Below, piece after piece: positions 1 to 9,147 of a DNA stretch of 10,384 nucleotides. The notes under the pieces are model-generated. The model had not been told where the DNA came from. It saw only the letters and a list, made by a program, of their open reading frames with translations, and made no database searches. The stretch spans positions 1 through 10,384 of the forward strand of contig JAVVGF010000014.1 in the NCBI GenBank assembly GCA_032249235.1, given 5' to 3'. Within the stretch, counting starts at the first letter, position 1. Each line of letters starts with the position of its first letter. Position numbers and translations under genes: made by a program. This DNA is from Thermoproteota archaeon (GTDB lineage: Archaea > Thermoproteota > Thermoprotei > Gearchaeales > Gearchaeaceae).

Positions 1-843
1 ACATATTTAGGTAACAGTTTCGATTGTGTATTACCTTATTATAATTTAGATGAAAATATTATTCAAAGAATAAAGTCAAGCCTAGGTTTGCAAACTTTAA
101 TTCATGTATTTACATACAATCTTGCTGAAATAGGCAAAAACTACAACTATTCCATTTTTGAAACCGAAATCTTGCCAAATGAATCCTTTGAAATGCCTAA
201 TCTAATTGATGTAATTTGGATTATCAATAATGGTAAACTTGAAATATTGAAATATTCAAGCATGCTTATCAAGTTACTTGATCGTCATGAAAATTCCACT
301 GTAATCTATGAAGGAAATGTGAATGGTAAACAAATGAAATTCGAAGAAATTTACAGAAATTATACTTATGAGGTCAATTCGTACATGGAAGAATGGATAT
401 GCAGACCCCGTGGTGGAGAAACACCTCCGCCATGTCCATTACCCGATGGATGCGATAAAAACGGTTATGTAGTGAAAATAGCAGAACAATTGGTTCTAGT
501 ATATGCTTTCTTTGAAAACGATTGGACATTAATGAGTAAAACCTCTGCTAAAGGAAAATTTTACATTATACCTGGAATTAGGGTGGAGAAGGTAGACGAT
601 TTATCCTATGATTGGATAGGCTGGTATACTTATAGATGTACTTTTACCCATTCAAAAGAGGGTGAGGGAACAATTTCTGCAATTGTTAGAGCTTATGGAA
701 AATACCGTGAAGGAATATGCAGTTACATTGCTACTACTCATTGGGAGGCAAGCCCCTATGTAGCAGTTGACGCTTTCCTTAATATAGAAAGGAATCCTAG
801 CCCTGCAAATTGGTGGGTACAATTCTTTAGCTGTTGTTATTAA
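1..843 (+). CDS. 5'-truncated hypothetical protein, probably secreted/surface glycoprotein with Cys-rich C-terminal domain
   Basis: Frame +1 has no stop from base 1 (TYLGNSFDCVLPYY...) to TAA at 841-843, so the TTG at 88 is probably internal. N-X-S/T sequons (NYS, NES, NST, NYT), a Pro/Cys linker (CRPRGGETPPPCPLPDGC) and a C-terminal SCCY. Family not recognised. Confidence 0.7.
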   Translation, partial: TYLGNSFDCVLPYYNLDENIIQRIKSSLGLQTLIHVFTYNLAEIGKNYNYSIFETEILPNESFEMPNLIDVIWIINNGKLEILKYSSMLIKLLDRHENSTVIYEGNVNGKQMKFEEIYRNYTYEVNSYMEEWICRPRGGETPPPCPLPDGCDKNGYVVKIAEQLVLVYAFFENDWTLMSKTSAKGKFYIIPGIRVEKVDDLSYDWIGWYTYRCTFTHSKEGEGTISAIVRAYGKYREGICSYIATTHWEASPYVAVDAFLNIERNPSPANWWVQFFSCCY

Positions 844-849
844 AAATAA

Positions 850-886
850 TTTTTTATCTTTAAATAATATATTCTTAAATTTTTTT
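850..886 (+). terminator. Possible archaeal oligo-T terminator(s)
   Basis: T6 (850-855) and T7 (880-886) runs just after the stop of 1..843. The region is very AT-rich, so this is weak. Confidence 0.3.
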
Positions 887-1048
887 ATAAACATATTAAT
901 CTTTATATGAATTTATTTTGCAAAAAAACTTGTTAAACAATAATTAAGAAATTATTAAACTTTTCTACGTTAAACAATCGAAACCCCTATTCCTAAGAAG
1001 GAGGAAGTCGTTATTACTTTTATAAAATTAAAATTATAAAAATAATAT

Positions 1049-1474
1049 TTGCCAAGCATTGAAAAAGGATTAAAGAAATCAGGAAGAAATAGGTCAGCGA
1101 TTCAATTATCTTGTAGCGTGTTTGTAGCAACGGGAAAAAATAAAGAAGAAGTAGATAAATCAAAGGAATTGGTTAGAGACGCAATAGCTTTCTATGCTTC
1201 GACTCTTACTTATAGACCTGTATTTGAAATACATGGCTTAATTGAAGAAGCTAAAAAGCTATCTGGATATGCAAGACAAGTTAAATGGAAAGAAATGCGC
1301 TCCTTGATAAGCTATGAGATTTTAGAAAAATTTGCTGTAGTAGGAACAAGGATAGAAGCCTCACATGAATTAAAGAAAAGATATGAAGGAATTCTTGACA
1401 GAATATCCTTCTATCCTTTGACTACATTTCCAAGTCTTGAGAATCCAATATGGAAAGAGGTAATAGAATTTTGA
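1049..1474 (+). pseudogene. C-terminal fragment of an LLM-class (luciferase-like) F420-dependent oxidoreductase, TIGR03617-like
   Basis: Motifs P.IEKGL..SGR.R, FVATG, IAFYAST..YRPVFEIHG, W.EM..LI..EIL..FAVVG and RY.G..DRI match the C-terminal ~140 aa of this ~330-aa family (from recall). An in-frame TAA at 1043-1045 sits just before the TTG and there is no upstream N-terminal half. Confidence 0.72.
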
Positions 1475-1697
1475 AATAGGTCTAAGTTTTATGAAGGTTC
1501 TTCAGTAAGGTCTATCCAGACAAATATTATGCCTGTTCTCTATTATTCTAACAGGAATTTTTATAACTAGATCCTAATTTGCATTATTTTCATTATTACA
1601 TTCTTGCAGAAAATATTGGTTATAAAGCAGATAAAAATGAAGTTAAGGGAATTCGAATAACTCCAATGAGACCAATAGTAATATTTATTTCTTATTT

Positions 1698-1719
1698 AGC
1701 ATGTTAATCAAGTTTATAT
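1698..1719 (+). promoter_or_regulatory. Putative TATA box of the GH15 gene
   Basis: TTTATAT at 1713-1719, about 30 nt upstream of ATG 1746. No Shine-Dalgarno sequence, which fits a leaderless or short-leader mRNA. Confidence 0.45.
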
Positions 1720-1745
1720 CCTAATGAAAAATCTAGAAACATATC

Positions 1746-3551
1746 ATGACTAGATACATAATTTTAGGTAATAATATTCTTACTATTCTTGCAGATTCAA
1801 AATATGTGCTAAGAGAATTGTTTTATCCTTTAAGTACATACAATCATTTACATGCTTCTAGAGTAGGTATTTGGATAGAATCAAGCTTTTCTTGGTTTCA
1901 TGACTTAAATCCTAGAATTGAATATGAAACTGATTCATTAGTTAGCAAAGCTTATGCAGAATTTCGCGGGATAAAAATAGAGATAAACGATTGTGTTGAT
2001 TTAGCCTATGAAATCTTTGTTAGGAATGTTCATGTAGTAACAAACAAAGAAACAAGGATATTTTTTACTTGGGATTTTCACATCTATGAAGATGAAATAG
2101 GCGATACTTGCTTATATGATCCTAATACAAATTCCATAATACATTACAAGCGGGATAGATGGTTTCTATTTTCTTGTGATGTTCCTATATTTCAATATGC
2201 TACAGGATATAAAGAGGAAGGAAGTTATGTTGGTACTTGGAAGGATTGTGAAGACGGTGTGCTTTCAGGAAACCCAATAGCTCAGGGCGCAGTCGATTCA
2301 GCATTAAGCATAAGAGTTTTCAATGATACAAGATTAAATTGCTGGTTAGTATGCGGTAAAAATTATGGTGAAGTTAAAAAAAGAAACGAGTATGTCAAAG
2401 CAAGAGGCGCTCAAAATATATTATCTAGAACAAGAGATTATTGGAAAGCTTGGTTATTCAAAGCGAAAGACTACGATGATATAGTAAGGAGATCATTATT
2501 AATTCTTGCTTCTAGCTGGCAAAACAATGGAGCAGTACCTGCTTCTTTAGATACTGACATTCTTAGATTTAATAAAGATACTTATAACTATGTTTGGCAT
2601 AGAGATGCGGCCTTTTGCTCAATCGCATTATCCTTATTAGGTTACCAAGAATATTCGAGGAGACTTTTCTTGTTCACAAGACCGCTTTTCTACGATGGTT
2701 CCTTATTTCAAAAATATACTGTAGATGGATTTTGGGGTAGCACATGGCAAGTCTGGCTTCCTGGTAATATACCTATACAAGAAGACGAAACTGCACTCAT
2801 GCTTTACGCATTATGGGTTTATTTCAAAAAATTTCTGGATGTAGATTTCATAAAAGATTTATACAGACCTTTCATTAAGCTTGCTGCAGACTTCTTAGCC
2901 TCTTATATGGATGGGAAAAACAATCTCCCATTACCTTCTTATGATATATGGGAAGAAAGATACGGTATTAATTTCTACACAGTAGCATGTGTATATCTTG
3001 GATTACTATCTGCAGCAAAGTTTGCTGAATTTTTTGGCGAAAGTGATGTTAAGAAAAGATATTTAGAAGTTGCTTCTCGTATTAAAGAAGGTAGCGAGAT
3101 ATTCTTTGTTAATGATCATTTTGCAAGATCTATCATAAATGGAAAACTGGATTTGACAGCAGATTCTAGCACGATACTTGGTGCATTATTTTTATATGAT
3201 GCCAAAGATTCGAAAGTCAAAGAGAACAAGCAATATGTTGAAGAGAAGCTAAAAGTAAATGGAGGTATTGCAAGATATGAAAACGATTGGTATTTTAAAG
3301 AAGCAGATAAGCCGAATCCATGGTTTATTACGACGCTTTGGTTAGCTCAGCAATATATTGCGGAAGGAGATTTGAATATGGCTAATGAATATTTGAATTG
3401 GGTTTTGAGTAAATCTTTGCCTACTGGCTTAATACCTGAACAAATAACTCCGAATGGAAATTATCCTTCTGTTTCACCTTTATCATGGAGTCATGCAGAG
3501 CTAATAAGAACTTTTTATTTTATAAAGAAAGGCTTCGATAAATTCATTTAA
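1746..3551 (+). CDS. Glycoside hydrolase family 15, intracellular glucoamylase (glucan 1,4-alpha-glucosidase)
   Basis: 601 aa with GH15 motifs YNYVWHRDA, IQEDETA, SYDIWEER (catalytic acid), LIPEQ (catalytic base) and PLSWSHAE. N-terminal domain typical of archaeal GH15. No signal peptide. Confidence 0.92.
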   Translation: MTRYIILGNNILTILADSKYVLRELFYPLSTYNHLHASRVGIWIESSFSWFHDLNPRIEYETDSLVSKAYAEFRGIKIEINDCVDLAYEIFVRNVHVVTNKETRIFFTWDFHIYEDEIGDTCLYDPNTNSIIHYKRDRWFLFSCDVPIFQYATGYKEEGSYVGTWKDCEDGVLSGNPIAQGAVDSALSIRVFNDTRLNCWLVCGKNYGEVKKRNEYVKARGAQNILSRTRDYWKAWLFKAKDYDDIVRRSLLILASSWQNNGAVPASLDTDILRFNKDTYNYVWHRDAAFCSIALSLLGYQEYSRRLFLFTRPLFYDGSLFQKYTVDGFWGSTWQVWLPGNIPIQEDETALMLYALWVYFKKFLDVDFIKDLYRPFIKLAADFLASYMDGKNNLPLPSYDIWEERYGINFYTVACVYLGLLSAAKFAEFFGESDVKKRYLEVASRIKEGSEIFFVNDHFARSIINGKLDLTADSSTILGALFLYDAKDSKVKENKQYVEEKLKVNGGIARYENDWYFKEADKPNPWFITTLWLAQQYIAEGDLNMANEYLNWVLSKSLPTGLIPEQITPNGNYPSVSPLSWSHAELIRTFYFIKKGFDKFI

Positions 3552-3552
3552 T

Positions 3553-4626
3553 CTACCATATTATGACGGTTTTGATTTCTCCTTTAGGTTTATTTAAAAT
3601 ATAAGGTATCGCATCTTCAGCTTTTACTTTATTTGTTATTAGCTTTTTCAAAAGCTCAGGATAAGAATTATTCCAAGCACTTAACAAATTAACTCCTTCG
3701 ATGAAATTATTTTTCGAAGCATTTACTGAACCTAATATCGTTATATTACTCTCAACAATGTGATTAACTAAGTTGGTATCTAAAGGATGAGAATCTTTAG
3801 AAGTGGTTCCAAACAATACCAACAAACCATTCTTATTTATCTTATCGATGAGAGGAATGAAAGCAGAAGGATAGCCTGAAGTATCTATAAGTAAATCGAA
3901 ATTAGGAATTTCATCTTTAGTCATGTTTATGAATTTAGCTTCTATAGCATTGCATATTTGTTCTTCTAAACTTGAAGGTTCTCTCTTATTCATAACATAT
4001 ACATTAAAGCCTTTGCTACGCGATAAAAGTGCAAATAATAAACCAATAGGCCCACTTCCAATTATTCCTGCATTTCTGCATTCAAAGCTTGAATCTTGAC
4101 AATTCCATATCATTCTCTTTTGAATCAATCCAACAGCTTCAAAGGTTTTAACAATATTAGATAAAGGCTCTAATAATACACCAATTTCTTTTAAGCTCTT
4201 AGGTAAGACAACGAGATTCTTCTCTTCATCTATGAAAAATTCTCTCATAGTCCCGTGCAAACCTCTAATTCCTATTTCAGAAAATTGGCCTGTTTCACAG
4301 TAATCTTGTCTTCCAGCTAAACAATTGAGGCAATTATTGCAACCTCTTCTAACTATTGGAACGACCAAATCTCCTTTTTTTATTCCCTTGACCTCATCAC
4401 CTACTTCTATTACCATACCCAAAGTTTCATGCCCCAATATCAAATAGTCATAACCACTAGGAACTCTTGCAAAGCTTAGATTTCCATTTGCTATACCTCT
4501 ATCAGTTCCGCAAATTCCATTTTCGATCGTCTTAACTAATATGTATTTAGCACTTAATTTTTCCTTTAAATCTAGATCTACCATTTCAACACCTGCTTTA
4601 GGCGGTTTAACGATTATAGATTTCAC
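3553..4626 (-). CDS. gdh: Glucose 1-dehydrogenase (Zn-dependent MDR family), GDH-2-like
   Basis: GICGTD and GHE catalytic Zn ligands, structural Zn CxxCxxCx7C (CNNCLNCLAGRQDYC), Rossmann GSGPIG, C-terminal GEIKTVIIW. GTG start. Adjacent to ED genes. Confidence 0.93.
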   Translation of the reverse strand: MKSIIVKPPKAGVEMVDLDLKEKLSAKYILVKTIENGICGTDRGIANGNLSFARVPSGYDYLILGHETLGMVIEVGDEVKGIKKGDLVVPIVRRGCNNCLNCLAGRQDYCETGQFSEIGIRGLHGTMREFFIDEEKNLVVLPKSLKEIGVLLEPLSNIVKTFEAVGLIQKRMIWNCQDSSFECRNAGIIGSGPIGLLFALLSRSKGFNVYVMNKREPSSLEEQICNAIEAKFINMTKDEIPNFDLLIDTSGYPSAFIPLIDKINKNGLLVLFGTTSKDSHPLDTNLVNHIVESNITILGSVNASKNNFIEGVNLLSAWNNSYPELLKKLITNKVKAEDAIPYILNKPKGEIKTVIIW

Positions 4627-4638
4627 GAAGTTCTATTG

Positions 4639-4699
4639 ATGAATCAAATATAAATTTTATATTAACGATTTCATTAAAAATTTAAACTATTATATAATA
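4639..4699. promoter_or_regulatory. Divergent promoter region for gdh and gad-kdgA-kdgK
   Basis: + strand: A-rich BRE then TTTAAA (4681-4686), 26 nt before ATG 4707. - strand: ATAAAA then TTTATAT (4654-4648), 28 nt before GTG 4626. Both spacings fit leaderless archaeal transcripts. Confidence 0.65.
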
Positions 4700-4706
4700 T
4701 AATGTT

Positions 4707-5888
4707 ATGAAAATTAAAGAAATTGAACCTCTTCTTCTAACTTCAAAAGAAAAAAGTGCAGCTACGTGGGCTTCAATAATGATATTAGTTAAATTAGAAA
4801 CCTCGAACGGGTATGTTGGCTACGGAGAAGCTGTTCCTACAATAAGAACAATATCAGTTTATAATGCGATTAAGCAAGTAGCAAAGGCATATATAAATAA
4901 AGAAGTCGAGGATGTGGAGAAGAATTATTATGAATGGTATAAGCAAGATTTCTACATCACAAGATCTTTTGAATCTGCTACAGCTACAAGCGCTATAGAT
5001 ATAGCATGTTGGGATTTAATAGGAAAAGAGTTCGGAGCTCCTATTTATAAACTATTAGGTAGTGAATTCAGAGATAGGATACCTGTTTATGCTAATGGAT
5101 GGTATGAAAATTGCATTAAGCCTGAGGATTTTGCTAAAAAGGCTAAGGAAACTGTTGAAAAAGGCTACAAAGCGATCAAATTCGATCCGTTTGGAAATTA
5201 TTTCGATTGGATAGATGAAAAAGGACTAAAGCAAGCTGAAGAAAGAATAAGAGCTGTTAAGGAAGCTGTTGGAGAAGATAAGATAATCTTAATTGAACAT
5301 CATGGAAGATTTAATGTAAATAGCGCTTTGAAGATTGCTAAAATTCTAGAAAAATACAATCCAGGATTTGTTGAAGAGCCTGTTCATCATGAAGATATAA
5401 TAGGCTTGCGTAAGTACAGAGAACATAGTTCATTAAGAATTGCATTAGGAGAAAGGATTGTAAGCCTAAAGGAAGCAGCTTTCTACATCAATGAAGGCCT
5501 TTGCGATATATTACAGCCTGATATAACGAACATTGGAGGCGTTACAATTGCAAGGAAAGTTCTAGCTCTTTCAGAAGCTAATGATGTTGAGATAGCTTTT
5601 CATAATGCTTTTGGTCCAATACAAAATGCCGTTTCTTTGCAACTAAGCGCTATAATTCCCAATCTTTATTTATTAGAGAACTTTTATGATTGGTTTCCTT
5701 CATGGAAGAAAGAATTAATATATAACGAGACTTCAGTTCAAGCTGGCTATGTTAATTTACCTAAGAAACCAGGGATCGGTGTTCAAGTAAATGAAAAAAT
5801 CATTGAGAAATTGAAAACAGAACCTATTGCTCTTGAAATACAAGAAGAACCTGTTTGGGTTGTAAAAGGAACATGGGCTATTTATTGA
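4707..5888 (+). CDS. gad: D-gluconate/galactonate dehydratase (mandelate racemase/enolase superfamily)
   Basis: KAIKFDPF (KxK), IEHHGRF, EEP, GER, FHNAFG and C-terminal [11 protein letters not shown]. Closely matches Saccharolobus solfataricus GAD (SSO3198) as I recall it. Confidence 0.95.
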   Translation: MKIKEIEPLLLTSKEKSAATWASIMILVKLETSNGYVGYGEAVPTIRTISVYNAIKQVAKAYINKEVEDVEKNYYEWYKQDFYITRSFESATATSAIDIACWDLIGKEFGAPIYKLLGSEFRDRIPVYANGWYENCIKPEDFAKKAKETVEKGYKAIKFDPFGNYFDWIDEKGLKQAEERIRAVKEAVGEDKIILIEHHGRFNVNSALKIAKILEKYNPGFVEEPVHHEDIIGLRKYREHSSLRIALGERIVSLKEAAFYINEGLCDILQPDITNIGGVTIARKVLALSEANDVEIAFHNAFGPIQNAVSLQLSAIIPNLYLLENFYDWFPSWKKELIYNETSVQAGYVNLPKKPGIGVQVNEKIIEKLKTEPIALEIQEEPVWVVKGTWAIY

Positions 5889-5889
5889 A

Positions 5890-8227
<2,338 letters not shown>

Positions 8228-8267
8228 ATTATTAAAATATCTTTTATATTAAATAACTTATAAGCAA
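8228..8267. promoter_or_regulatory. 40-bp bidirectional promoter with overlapping TATA-like elements
   Basis: TTTTATAT (8242-8249) lies 26 nt before ATG 8268. On the - strand TTTAATA (8253-8247) lies 26 nt before ATG 8227. Confidence 0.5.
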
Positions 8268-8960
8268 ATGGAAATAAAGCAATATGTTCAAAATAAGGAT
8301 ATAGACAAACTAATTTCTTTAAAGGGGAAAATTTTTTCAAAATTACAAAGCTTAAACAGTGAAGAGAGAAAAATTGCATGGGAAGCATTGAATTTAATAG
8401 CTAATTCTGGATCCTTTGAACCAAGTATTAAAGAAAAAAGATATTTAAGATCGCTTCTCTGGCATAGTTTAAGAGGCGTTAGAGATGATGCTTGGAAAAA
8501 TCTCGAATTGTATAAAAAGTTTGGAATTGAAGGTGTTGAAAGAACCTTAACTGCAAATTCTGATAAGTTGAAGTTTTCAGCATGGTCGAATGTAATTGAA
8601 ATGATAAATCTAGGGTTTGTAAGCAAGGAATATGTTATTAGTGTTAGAAATTCTTTTTGGAGACTTTTAAAAAGCAGAATCGGAACGATTAGAAGGAAAT
8701 CATGGAGGTTGTTCATAAAATTGGTAAGTGAAGGAATTTTTAGTTTAGAAGATAAGGAAAGGTTTAAAGAATTTTTAAGACATAGAAAAATAAACGTTAG
8801 ATTATATGCTTGGTCTGCTGCAATGAAGCTAGCAGAGTTAGGATTTATTAGTATTGAAGAACTTGAAAAAGAAATCGAACAAATACTTTGGATTTCTAAA
8901 TTGAAGAAAAGAGTAGGTTATAAAGCTAGAGACATATTGGAAAAATTGAAGCATATGTAA
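8268..8960 (+). CDS. Basic HEAT/ARM-like helical repeat protein of unknown function
   Basis: 230 aa with five 30-40-aa repeats of the form L......(V/I)R..(A/S)W..l..l...G, Trp at 38/76/106/146/182. Manual count 47 K+R versus 29 D+E. Confidence 0.75.
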   Translation: MEIKQYVQNKDIDKLISLKGKIFSKLQSLNSEERKIAWEALNLIANSGSFEPSIKEKRYLRSLLWHSLRGVRDDAWKNLELYKKFGIEGVERTLTANSDKLKFSAWSNVIEMINLGFVSKEYVISVRNSFWRLLKSRIGTIRRKSWRLFIKLVSEGIFSLEDKERFKEFLRHRKINVRLYAWSAAMKLAELGFISIEELEKEIEQILWISKLKKRVGYKARDILEKLKHM

Positions 8961-9032
8961 TCAATTAAAAACTCATTTTGTAGACCAATATATAAACATT
9001 TTGATAATTAAGATTATCTATTCCATTTTAAC

Positions 9033-9049
9033 GAAGAAAAATTTAAATA
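9033..9049 (+). promoter_or_regulatory. BRE + TATA box upstream of the surface-protein gene
   Basis: GAAGAAAAA followed by TTTAAATA (9042-9049), a near-consensus crenarchaeal BRE-TATA. Predicted TSS around 9068-9072. Confidence 0.55.
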
Positions 9050-9147
9050 TAAGAAAGTTATGCAAAATCATGGTCTCGATTATAAAAAGTTTAGCAGCTA
9101 TAAAGGCGGGAGCAAGAATGATTGCTTTATTGTCGATGTGAAGAGGC

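Noticed and set aside
88-90. TTG start proposed by the ORF track for the first gene
   Set aside because: The frame is open back to base 1 with protein-like sequence and no promoter or SD at 88, so the true start is probably upstream of the window.
829-843. C-terminal SCCY as a Rab-like prenylation signal
   Set aside because: Such prenyltransferases are eukaryotic and nothing here supports one; disulfide or metal binding is more plausible.
652-894. 80-aa minus-strand ORF
   Set aside because: Mostly antisense to the 1..843 gene, with an AT-rich low-complexity start and no motif; shadow ORF.
1532-1555. Inverted repeat CCTGTT...AACAGG as a terminator or MITE end
   Set aside because: Only a 6-bp stem with a 12-nt loop, no target-site duplication and no second copy.
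8288-8716. 142-aa minus-strand ORF
   Set aside because: Antisense shadow of the repeat-protein gene, with the Phe/Leu/Ser bias typical of a reverse-read A-rich strand.
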